A stretch of DNA of 64,000 nt from an uncultured Candidatus Saccharibacteria bacterium (GTDB lineage Bacteria; Patescibacteriota; Minisyncoccia; Phycocordibacterales; Zambryskibacteraceae): contig CAYLHJ010000001.1 in the NCBI GenBank assembly GCA_964383705.1, positions 37,659 to 101,658 of the forward strand. The letters run 5' to 3'. Within the stretch, counting starts at the first letter, position 1. Every line of letters begins with the position of its first letter. The notes below the pieces were generated by a model. It made no database searches, was not told the origin of the DNA, and saw only the letters and a program-made list of their open reading frames with translations. A program made the position numbers and the translations under genes. Shown piece by piece: positions 56,659-64,000 of the stretch.

Positions 56659-57006
56659 ATGACACGGTCATCAAAAAAAGGTCCATACGTATACGAAAAA
56701 CTTCTCAAGAAAATTGAGGGGAAGAAACCGGGAGAAACTGGCTCTATTAAGACTTGGGCACGAGATAGCCAAATTGCTCCAGAAATGGTTGGATTCTCCT
56801 TCGCAGTTCATAATGGCAAAGATCATATTGATGTCTTTGTTACTGAGGACATGGTCGGGCATCGATTGGGTGAGTTCTCTCCGACACGAAAGTTCGTCAA
56901 ACATGGAGGAAAGATGCAGAAGGAACTTGAACAGAAAAAGAAAGAAGCAGAAATCTCAGCAGCTCAAGCTGCAAAACCGGCTGCGACAACGGCTCCGGCT
57001 AAATAA
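56659..57006 (+). CDS. rpsS: 30S ribosomal protein S19 with Ala/Lys-rich C-terminal extension
   Basis: SSKKGPYV...[30 protein letters not shown]. Confidence 0.9.
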   Translation: MTRSSKKGPYVYEKLLKKIEGKKPGETGSIKTWARDSQIAPEMVGFSFAVHNGKDHIDVFVTEDMVGHRLGEFSPTRKFVKHGGKMQKELEQKKKEAEISAAQAAKPAATTAPAK

Positions 57007-57011
57007 TTTTT

Positions 57012-57389
57012 ATGGCAATTGTATCGGCACAACTTTCAGATTATCGTCAGTCACCTCGCAAAGTGAGAGTGGTAGCAACTCTTGTCCGTGGGAAAAGTGT
57101 TCCAGATGCTCTTTCAGGATTGCAATTTTTAGGGAAGAAGGCATCACTTCCTATTGCAAAGCTTATTAAATCAGCAGTTGCAAATGCTGAATTTCAGAAA
57201 TTAGATAAAGAAAATCTTTTTGTAAAAGAACTTCGAGTTGATGCTGGTAGCATTCTTTACCGCAGACAGCCAGCTTCACGTGGCAGATCCTCGACCATTC
57301 GCAAACGCAGTAGTCATGTAAAAGTTGTGCTTGAAGAACGAGCTCCGAAAATGAAGAAAACTAAAATAAATAAAGAAAGTAAATCTTAA
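57012..57389 (+). CDS. rplV: 50S ribosomal protein L22
   Basis: SPRKVRVVATLVRGKSVPDALSGLQF. Confidence 0.9.
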   Translation: MAIVSAQLSDYRQSPRKVRVVATLVRGKSVPDALSGLQFLGKKASLPIAKLIKSAVANAEFQKLDKENLFVKELRVDAGSILYRRQPASRGRSSTIRKRSSHVKVVLEERAPKMKKTKINKESKS

Positions 57390-57393
57390 TTTT

Positions 57394-58062
57394 ATGTCTC
57401 ATACAGTCCACCCATATTCTCATAGATTAGGAATTATACGCGATTGGAAATCGAGATGGTTTGGGCCTAAGACAAAATATAAAGATTTTTTGCGTGGAGA
57501 TTTGGTGATTCGTGCATTTTTAGAAAAAAAATTAAAAGGGTTATTTGTTAGTTTGATAGAAATAGAGAGGAATGAAAAGGTTCTTCGCATTATTGTTGAA
57601 ACCTCTCGTCCAGGAATGATTCTTGGTAGGGGTGGGGACGGAGCCGTTAAACTTCGAGATGAAATAATTAGCACCCTAAAGAAGCGAGGTCTTTTGAATC
57701 AAAAAGAAGAAGTTCGCCTCGACATTAAAGAAATAAAATCTCCAGAATCAAATGCTTCTATTGTTGCTCAAATGATTGCGGAAGGTCTTGAAAAAAGAAT
57801 GCCATATCGTCGTGTTGTAAAGCAGATTGTAGAAAAGGTTATGGCTAACCGAGATGTTCTCGGTGTTAAAGTTACTGTTGCAGGCCGATTGGGCGGGGCT
57901 TCTATCGCTCGCTCAGAAACAAAAAAGTTAGGAAGAATTCCACTACAAACATTTAGAGCTGATGTTGATTTCGCTCGTCATGAAGCTAAATTGCCTTATG
58001 GTAATCTTGGAATTAAAGTTTGGATTTACCGAGGCGAGATTTTTGCAAAAAAACCTGAATAA
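57394..58062 (+). CDS. rpsC: 30S ribosomal protein S3
   Basis: HPYSHRLGIIRDWKSRWF; KH and S3-C domains. Confidence 0.95.
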   Translation: MSHTVHPYSHRLGIIRDWKSRWFGPKTKYKDFLRGDLVIRAFLEKKLKGLFVSLIEIERNEKVLRIIVETSRPGMILGRGGDGAVKLRDEIISTLKKRGLLNQKEEVRLDIKEIKSPESNASIVAQMIAEGLEKRMPYRRVVKQIVEKVMANRDVLGVKVTVAGRLGGASIARSETKKLGRIPLQTFRADVDFARHEAKLPYGNLGIKVWIYRGEIFAKKPE

Positions 58063-58073
58063 TAAAAAATACT

Positions 58074-58490
58074 ATGTTGCTTCCTAAGAAAGTAAAATTT
58101 AGAAAATGGCACACGATGCGAAAAAACCCATCAAAGATTGGTGTGGCAACTCGTGGTGTAACGGTTGCTTTCGGGTCTTATGGCTTGAAAGCAGTTAGTG
58201 CCGCACGAATCAAATCTAATCAAATTGAGGCGGCAAGAAAGGTGCTTTCTCGCTCAATAGGTAAAACGGGAAAGCTCTGGATTCGTATTTTTCCTGATAT
58301 GCCGTATACTGCAAAGCCGGCTGAAGTTAAGCTTGGAAAAGGAAAGGGAGACCTACAAGGTTATGTCGCTCCAGTTAAGCCAGGGAGAATCCTTTTTGAA
58401 GTCGACGGTATTTTAGATGTGGAAGCTAAGGAAGCCCTTCGTAAGGCTGGCACTAAGCTTCCATTAAAAACAAAAATTGTTTCCCGATAA
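58074..58490 (+). CDS. rplP: 50S ribosomal protein L16
   Basis: MLLPKKVKFRKWH...GKLWIRIFPDMPYTAKPAEVKLGKGKG. Confidence 0.95.
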   Translation: MLLPKKVKFRKWHTMRKNPSKIGVATRGVTVAFGSYGLKAVSAARIKSNQIEAARKVLSRSIGKTGKLWIRIFPDMPYTAKPAEVKLGKGKGDLQGYVAPVKPGRILFEVDGILDVEAKEALRKAGTKLPLKTKIVSR

Positions 58491-58495
58491 ATTTT

Positions 58496-58681
58496 ATGAA
58501 AGATATTGTTCAAAAAGATGATGCGGATTTAAATAAAATGATTCTTGAAAAAGGAGATGAGCTCCGCAATTTTCGTTTTGCTATTTCTGGCAGTAAAACT
58601 AGAAATGTTCGTGAAGGACGTGCTCTCCGAAAAGTTATCGCACAAGTTAAGACGGAATTGTCTCGCAGAGCCAAATCATAA
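58496..58681 (+). CDS. rpmC: 50S ribosomal protein L29
   Basis: 61 aa, position between L16 and S17; LRNFRFAISGSKTRNVREGRALRK. Confidence 0.85.
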   Translation: MKDIVQKDDADLNKMILEKGDELRNFRFAISGSKTRNVREGRALRKVIAQVKTELSRRAKS

Positions 58682-58686
58682 ATAGT

Positions 58687-58944
58687 ATGGATAACAAACT
58701 AACCGAAAACAAAATATCTCAAGGTAAGACTTTTAAGGGTCGAGTTGTTTCGAACAAAATGAAAGACACCGTAGTGGTCGCCGTTGAAAAGATTACAAAA
58801 CACCCACAGTATGGAAAGTTTGTAAAACACAAGATTCGAATGAAGGCGCATGACGCTGGAAATACATTAAACGTTGGCGATGTTGTCACAATTCAAGAAA
58901 CAAAACCGATTTCACGAGATAAGAATTTTATAGTTGTAAAATAA
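58687..58944 (+). CDS. rpsQ: 30S ribosomal protein S17
   Basis: FKGRVVSNKMKDTVVVAVEKITKHPQYGKF. Confidence 0.9.
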   Translation: MDNKLTENKISQGKTFKGRVVSNKMKDTVVVAVEKITKHPQYGKFVKHKIRMKAHDAGNTLNVGDVVTIQETKPISRDKNFIVVK

Positions 58945-58945
58945 T

Positions 58946-59317
58946 ATGATACAACCTCGCTCTATTGTAAAAATTGCAGATAACTCCGGTGCTAAAATCG
59001 GACGCATATTTAAAGTGCTCGGAGGGTCAAAGAAGCGTTACGCTCAGTTGGGGGATATGGTCGTACTCTCGGTCCAAACCGCTCAACCAAGAAAATCTAT
59101 AAAGAAAAAAGATGTTTTGTATGCGGTAGTCGCTCGTCAAAAGTTTCCATTTCGCCGAACCGACGGTTCTTATATCCGATTCGATGAAAATGCCGTAGTT
59201 ATTGTTGATAAAGCAAAACACGAACCGCTTGCTGGTCGTGTATTCGGTCCGATACCTCGTGAGTTGGGAGAAAAAGGGTTTCAGAAAATTATTTCTCTTG
59301 CTCCAGAAGTTGTATAA
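58946..59317 (+). CDS. rplN: 50S ribosomal protein L14
   Basis: MIQPRSIVKIADNSGAK. Confidence 0.95.
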   Translation: MIQPRSIVKIADNSGAKIGRIFKVLGGSKKRYAQLGDMVVLSVQTAQPRKSIKKKDVLYAVVARQKFPFRRTDGSYIRFDENAVVIVDKAKHEPLAGRVFGPIPRELGEKGFQKIISLAPEVV

Positions 59318-59322
59318 AAATC

Positions 59323-59634
59323 ATGAAAATCAAGAAAGAAGATAATGTCATAGTTATTGCCGGCAAGGATAAAGGGAAAACAGGGAAAGTTGTCCGCGCT
59401 TTTCCTCGCAAAAATCTCATTGTTATTTCTGGAATAAATTTGCGCAAAGTCCATAAACGACCGACCAAGAGTGGTCAGAAAGGCCAGATTATTGATCAGG
59501 CAGTACCAATGCATGTTTCAAATGTTCTTTTAGTTGACCCAAAAAATAATAAAGGAACTCGAGTCGGTTACAAAAACGTTGATGGAAATAAAGTAAGAAT
59601 TGCAAAGAAAAGCGGATCTACGATTGGTAAATAA
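59323..59634 (+). CDS. rplX: 50S ribosomal protein L24
   Basis: MKIKKEDNVIVIAGKDKGKTGKV KOW motif. Confidence 0.9.
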   Translation: MKIKKEDNVIVIAGKDKGKTGKVVRAFPRKNLIVISGINLRKVHKRPTKSGQKGQIIDQAVPMHVSNVLLVDPKNNKGTRVGYKNVDGNKVRIAKKSGSTIGK

Positions 59635-59640
59635 TATTTT

Positions 59641-60186
59641 ATGAAGTCAATTCAGGAAAAAACAAAACATAGTTACGAAAGCCTCAAGGGAGATTTGGGT
59701 TATAAAAATCGTATGCAAGCGCCAAAGTTTTTAAAGGTGGTTATTAATGTGGGGACTGGTTCTTTTAAGGATAAGAAAAAAATTGAACTCGCCATTGATA
59801 GACTTTCAAAGATAACGGGCCAAAAACCATCTACAAGGGGAGCAAAACAATCAATTGCAGCTTTCAAGGTGAGACAGGGGGATCCGGTCGGTCTACAAGT
59901 TACTCTTCGTGGTAAGAGGATGTATGATTTTCTGGATAAACTCATAAATGTAGCCTTGCCTAGAACCAAGGATTTCCGTGGTATAGCAACTTCGGGTATT
60001 GATGAAATGGGTAATTATAGCCTTGGAATCAAAGAGCATTCCATCTTTCCAGAGACGACAGATGAAGAATTAAAGGATATTTTTGGCCTTTCTGTCACTA
60101 TGGTTACAACAGCAAAGAATAAAAAGGAGTTAGATTCGTTCTTGAAATCGTTAGATTTTCCCTTTAAAAAGGAAAAGGCTAAATAA
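59641..60186 (+). CDS. rplE: 50S ribosomal protein L5
   Basis: YKNRMQAPKFLKVVINVG...DFRGIATSGIDEMGNYSLGIKEHSIFPE. Confidence 0.95.
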   Translation: MKSIQEKTKHSYESLKGDLGYKNRMQAPKFLKVVINVGTGSFKDKKKIELAIDRLSKITGQKPSTRGAKQSIAAFKVRQGDPVGLQVTLRGKRMYDFLDKLINVALPRTKDFRGIATSGIDEMGNYSLGIKEHSIFPETTDEELKDIFGLSVTMVTTAKNKKELDSFLKSLDFPFKKEKAK

Positions 60187-60254
60187 TCCTTTGATTTTCC
60201 AATAAAGCCTTTGTTTTATTGACAATAGGGTACTCGCTTGATAGGATGGAACCC

Positions 60255-60285
60255 AAGCTTTTTATCAAAAGCTTTTCATTTTTTT
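60255..60285 (+). promoter_or_regulatory. Hairpin plus T-run (terminator/attenuator-like) just upstream of rpsZ inside the spc cluster
   Basis: aagctttt tatc aaaagctt ttcatttttttt. Confidence 0.35.
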
Positions 60286-60291
60286 TATAAA

Positions 60292-60477
60292 ATGGCCAAA
60301 AAATCGGTTATTGCAAGATCACTTAAGACTCCGAAATTCTCATCGAGGATAGTTCGTCGTTGTTTTCGATGTGGTAGAAAGAGGGCTTATATGAGAGATT
60401 TTGATCTTTGCAGAATCTGCTTCCGTGAATTAGCTAATGAGGGTAAGGTTCCTGGTGTAAAGAAATCTTCTTGGTAA
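60292..60477 (+). CDS. rpsZ: 30S ribosomal protein S14 type Z (zinc-binding, 61 aa)
   Basis: [12 protein letters not shown]...[38 protein letters not shown] with CxxC...CxxC. Internal start preferred over the provided 79 aa ORF. Confidence 0.85.
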   Translation: MAKKSVIARSLKTPKFSSRIVRRCFRCGRKRAYMRDFDLCRICFRELANEGKVPGVKKSSW

Positions 60478-60481
60478 TTTT

Positions 60482-60871
60482 ATGACAGACCCAATTTCAG
60501 ACATGATAATTCGAATAAAAAATGCTGGCATCTCTCATAAGGAGACTGTCACTTTTCCATATTCAAATCTTAAATTTGAGATCTGCTCTATCCTTGAAAA
60601 ACAGGGATTTATTAAGTCTCACGCAAAGAAAGGTAAAAAAGTGGCTAAGTCTATAGAAGTCGGTTTGCTTTATGATGGTCCACATTCTCACATTCAGGGC
60701 GTGAAGAGAGTTTCTAAGCCATCCCGTCGTATTTATAAAAAAGTTTCAGATATTCGTCCTATAAGGAACGGTTATGGCAATATCATAATCTCAACCCCAA
60801 AGGGGCTTAAGACAGATGTAGAAGCTCGAAAGGAAAAACTTGGTGGTGAGGTTTTGTTTCAGATTTGGTAA
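60482..60871 (+). CDS. rpsH: 30S ribosomal protein S8
   Basis: MTDPISDMIIRIKNAG. Confidence 0.95.
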   Translation: MTDPISDMIIRIKNAGISHKETVTFPYSNLKFEICSILEKQGFIKSHAKKGKKVAKSIEVGLLYDGPHSHIQGVKRVSKPSRRIYKKVSDIRPIRNGYGNIIISTPKGLKTDVEARKEKLGGEVLFQIW

Positions 60872-60881
60872 TTTTAAATTT

Positions 60882-61415
60882 ATGTCTCGTATAGGAAAAA
60901 AAATAATTGAATTACCTGAGAAGACCGAAGTCTCTATTGCAGATGGTGTAATTAGTGTTAAAGGCCCCCTTGGAGAATTATCTCGAACAATTGGAAATAA
61001 TTTCCAAGTATCTTTAACTCCAAAAGATGTTACTATCGTGCCAAGTATTTCAGGGACGGAAGAAAAAGCTTTATGGGGGACTTACGCTTCCCATATAACA
61101 AATATGATTCTGGGGGTTAATAAAGCATTTGAGAAGAAACTAGTCTTAGAAGGTATAGGTTTTCGAGTTGAGGTAAAGGGTCAAGATCTTGTCCTCGCTC
61201 TAGGTTTTTCTCACCCAGTAACTGTTAGAATTCCGGAGGGGCTTAAGGTTTCAGTCGAAAAAAATGTTATTACAATTTCAGGTATAAATAAGGAAGAAGT
61301 CGGCAGTTTCACAGCCCTTCTCCGTGACCTTAAAAAACCAGAGCCTTACAAGGGTAAGGGTTTGAGATATGAAGGAGAAGTTGTGAAGATAAAGCAAGGA
61401 AAGAAATCTGCATAA
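60882..61415 (+). CDS. rplF: 50S ribosomal protein L6
   Basis: MSRIGKKIIELPEKTEV...; start trimmed from the provided ORF. Confidence 0.9.
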   Translation: MSRIGKKIIELPEKTEVSIADGVISVKGPLGELSRTIGNNFQVSLTPKDVTIVPSISGTEEKALWGTYASHITNMILGVNKAFEKKLVLEGIGFRVEVKGQDLVLALGFSHPVTVRIPEGLKVSVEKNVITISGINKEEVGSFTALLRDLKKPEPYKGKGLRYEGEVVKIKQGKKSA

Positions 61416-61420
61416 AGTTT

Positions 61421-61774
61421 ATGAGAAATATTAATCAAACAAGTCGAACAAAAAGAATACGCAGAAAAGCTCGTATTCGTTCAAAAGTGAAGGGGACAGA
61501 AATTCGCCCGCGACTTTCTATTTTCAAGTCTAACAAGTATATGAGTGCTCAAATTATAAATGATGATTTGGGAGCAACTCTTGTATCTGGAACCACAAAA
61601 ACTATCTCTGGTAAAAGCGAGCTTGAGAAGGCTCGGGCTTTGGGCAAAGTGATAGCAGAAAAGGCTTTAAAACAAAATATTTCTAAAGTTGTTTTTGATC
61701 GTGGTGGTTATATATATACAGGCAAAGTGAGTGCAATTGCTGAGGGTGCACGCGATGGCGGTCTAGAATTTTAA
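61421..61774 (+). CDS. rplR: 50S ribosomal protein L18
   Basis: RPRLSIFKSNKYMSAQIIND...VVFDRGGYIYTGKVSAIAEGARDGGLEF. Confidence 0.9.
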   Translation: MRNINQTSRTKRIRRKARIRSKVKGTEIRPRLSIFKSNKYMSAQIINDDLGATLVSGTTKTISGKSELEKARALGKVIAEKALKQNISKVVFDRGGYIYTGKVSAIAEGARDGGLEF

Positions 61775-61779
61775 ATATT

Positions 61780-62445
61780 ATGAATACTGATGAAAAAAAT
61801 AACGATGTAATAGATGAAGCAGCACCTCTTGAGAATAAAGAGGGGTCTATTGAGGGGAATGTTGATATTCAACATGAAGAATTGGTTCCGTCTCAAGAAA
61901 ATCTTTCTGTTGAAGTAAAGAAAGCTGATTTTCGGGCAAAAAATCCGCGAGACCATAAAAAAAATACTCGTCGTTCGACTAAAAAAGAAACACGAGCTAG
62001 ACCAGAATTTGATCACAAAACCGTGAGTATTCGCAGGGTAACTAGAGTTGTCGCTGGAGGCCGCAGGTTTAGTTTCTCCGTGACTCTTGTCGCTGGCAAT
62101 CACAAAGGTCAGGTTGGTGTTGGTCAAGGCAAAGCCGGTGACACCCCTCTTGCTATAGATAAGGCTCTACGTGATGCTAAGAAAAATATGATTAAAGTGA
62201 ATGCTACAAAAGAAATGTCTATACCTCATGAGGTTTATGCGAAGTATGGAAGTTCCAAGGTTGTTATTATGCCGGCGCCTGGGAAAGGTGTTCTTGCAGG
62301 AAGTTCGGTAAGGACGGTTTTAGAATTAGCGGGGTTGTCTTCTGTTAATGCTAAAATACTTTCTGGTTCAAAAAATCGCGCTAATATTGCCAAAGTGGCT
62401 GTTAAGGCTTTAGAGTCTCTTTCCCGAACAATTCATAAAGAATAA
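61780..62445 (+). CDS. rpsE: 30S ribosomal protein S5 with roughly 60 aa acidic/basic N-terminal extension
   Basis: VSIRRVTRVVAGGRRFSFSVTLVAGNHKGQVGVGQGKA. Confidence 0.9.
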   Translation: MNTDEKNNDVIDEAAPLENKEGSIEGNVDIQHEELVPSQENLSVEVKKADFRAKNPRDHKKNTRRSTKKETRARPEFDHKTVSIRRVTRVVAGGRRFSFSVTLVAGNHKGQVGVGQGKAGDTPLAIDKALRDAKKNMIKVNATKEMSIPHEVYAKYGSSKVVIMPAPGKGVLAGSSVRTVLELAGLSSVNAKILSGSKNRANIAKVAVKALESLSRTIHKE

Positions 62446-62449
62446 AAGC

Positions 62450-62890
62450 ATGCAGATACACAATTTAAAAAGAAAAAATAAAAATAAAACTTCCTCCCAA
62501 GTAGGAAGAGGAGGAAAGCGTGGTAAAACATCTGGCAAAGGTACGAAGGGTCAAAATGCAAGAGCCGGTCGCAAGAAGCGCCCTGAAATCAGAGACGTAA
62601 TCAAGAGACTTCCGAAATTAAGGGGACGCGGGGTTTCTTCTTTGAAGAGCATTGTCCCAGCATTTTTTGCAGTAAATCTTCAAACTCTAAATAACGTTTT
62701 TTCTTCTGGTGATATTGTTTCACCTGCATCGTTGGTCTCAAAAGGGTTAGTCTCAAAATCATTAGGAAAGAATGTTAAAATTAAAATTCTAGGGAAGGAT
62801 GGTCTTGATAAGAAAGTTATTATTCGAGGGTGTGCGGTTTCTTCTACTGCAAAAGAAAAAATAATCTCACTTGGTGGCAGTGTATCATAG
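62450..62890 (+). CDS. rplO: 50S ribosomal protein L15
   Basis: NLKRKNKNKTSSQVGRGGKRGKTSGKGTKGQNARAG. Directly follows rpsE, with no L30 gene between them. Confidence 0.9.
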   Translation: MQIHNLKRKNKNKTSSQVGRGGKRGKTSGKGTKGQNARAGRKKRPEIRDVIKRLPKLRGRGVSSLKSIVPAFFAVNLQTLNNVFSSGDIVSPASLVSKGLVSKSLGKNVKIKILGKDGLDKKVIIRGCAVSSTAKEKIISLGGSVS

Positions 62891-62894
62891 CCAT

Positions 62895-64000
62895 ATGAAA
62901 ATCATTTTTGAAAAGATAAGAACAGTGTGGACTGATAGAATGCTTCGCCGACGTGTTTTGTTTGTTCTGGGCGCGCTTGCTCTTACTCGAATACTTTCAA
63001 TTATCCCAATTCCTGGGATTGATGTCTCTAGGCTTCAAAGTTTTTTTTCTGGAAGTGAATTTCTCGGTCTTTTAAACCTTTTTTCTGGTGGTGGTTTATC
63101 TAATCTATCGATAATTATGCTTGGTGTTGGTCCATATATTACCGCCTCAATAGTCATGCAACTTATGACTATCATTTTTCCTAAATTGAAAGAGCTTTAT
63201 CAAGAGGAGGGTGATGCTGGGCGAAAGCGATTTTCTCAATACAGTAGAATGCTCACGGTTCCACTAGCCGTTGTTCAAGGTTTTAGTTTCTTGACTCTTC
63301 TTATTCGTCAAAACGTGATTTCACCATTATCTCCATTTGAGATGGCGACGAATCTTTTAATTATTACTGCAGGCTCTCTTCTTTTGATGTGGATTGGTGA
63401 GCTTATTACTGAATATGGTATTGGAAATGGCGTTTCTATTATTATTTTTGCTGGAATAGTCGCTAGCCTTCCTCAAGCATTAAGCCAACTTCTTTTCACC
63501 TTTGAACCTTCTCAAATTCCACTATATATTGCTTTTATCGTAGCGGCCATAGCAATTATTTTTGGGGTAGTTGTTATTACTGAAGCGGAGAGACCAATAC
63601 CGGTAACATATGCTAAAAGGGTAAGGGGGTCAAAAACCTATGGCGGGGTTTCGACTTATTTACCACTTAGAGTTAATCAAGCCGGTGTAATCCCCATTAT
63701 TTTTGCTCTTTCTATCTTACTTTTTCCTCAACTTTTATTTAATTTTCTTTCAAATGTAGATAATGCTCTTTTGAAAACTATTTCGACATTTATACTCGGT
63801 ATTATTGCTAATCAGTGGTTTTATGCAGTTGCATATTTTTTCCTTGTGTTTGTGTTTACATATTTTTATACCGCAGTGACTTTTGATCCAAATCAAATTG
63901 CAACCAATCTTCAAAAAAATGGTGCTTTTATACCTGGGGTTCGTCCCGGCCAATCAACATCTGATTATATTGCGAAGATTTTAACCAGACTTACTTTGGT
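62895..64000 (+). CDS. secY: Protein translocase subunit SecY (partial, continues past window end)
   Basis: Translated by hand: MKIIFEKIRTVWTDRMLRRRVLFVLGALALTRILSIIPIPGID...GVGPYITASIVMQLM. Confidence 0.85.
   Translation, partial: MKIIFEKIRTVWTDRMLRRRVLFVLGALALTRILSIIPIPGIDVSRLQSFFSGSEFLGLLNLFSGGGLSNLSIIMLGVGPYITASIVMQLMTIIFPKLKELYQEEGDAGRKRFSQYSRMLTVPLAVVQGFSFLTLLIRQNVISPLSPFEMATNLLIITAGSLLLMWIGELITEYGIGNGVSIIIFAGIVASLPQALSQLLFTFEPSQIPLYIAFIVAAIAIIFGVVVITEAERPIPVTYAKRVRGSKTYGGVSTYLPLRVNQAGVIPIIFALSILLFPQLLFNFLSNVDNALLKTISTFILGIIANQWFYAVAYFFLVFVFTYFYTAVTFDPNQIATNLQKNGAFIPGVRPGQSTSDYIAKILTRLTL

Noticed and set aside
1-64000. CRISPR arrays, rRNA genes, IS elements/transposases, toxin-antitoxin pairs
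   Set aside because: No direct-repeat/spacer periodicity, no rRNA-like conserved stretches, no DDE/HTH transposase-like ORFs and no obvious TA pairs were seen on reading both strands.

Overview
This is a low-GC bacterial chromosomal window (about 35% GC by eye, genetic code 11, genes densely packed). It is most consistent with a Candidate Phyla Radiation / Patescibacteria-type organism: many ribosomal proteins carry terminal extensions, L30 is absent, trigger factor lacks its PPIase domain, and type IV pilus and competence genes are present. The main contents, in order: (1) a secreted-protein operon ending in a TrbC/VirB2-like pilin (1-2881); (2) housekeeping genes ksgA, pcrA, a LysM-M23 peptidase, comM/yifB, rpsO, xerC, xth, cca, hup, rny, clpP, rsmE, tig, ppa and nusA; (3) four tRNAs (Arg-TCG, Gly-TCC, Pro-TGG, Gly-GCC) interleaved with yraN and an RNHCP protein; (4) a visibly higher-GC (about 50-55%) lipoprotein metzincin gene that looks horizontally acquired; (5) a type IV pilus cluster (pilB, pilC, three prepilin-like genes including a roughly 610 aa giant) preceded by a large Cys/Gly/Thr-rich secreted protein; (6) tpiA, pgk, a HIT protein, recJ and an rnhA with a C-terminal hybrid-binding domain; (7) comEC encoded as two separate genes (membrane channel part and MBL part) 2.25 kb apart, with a mosaic block of higher-GC ORFs plus a host-GC superoxide dismutase between them; (8) the str/S10/spc ribosomal super-operon (rpsL through secY). 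The most unusual feature is a tandem array of three divergent paralogous genes for small membrane-anchored proteins, inserted between fusA and tuf. Each carries its own TTGACA-type promoter and near-identical hairpin terminator, all at visibly higher GC. No rRNA, CRISPR array or transposase was recognised. All GC statements are visual estimates.
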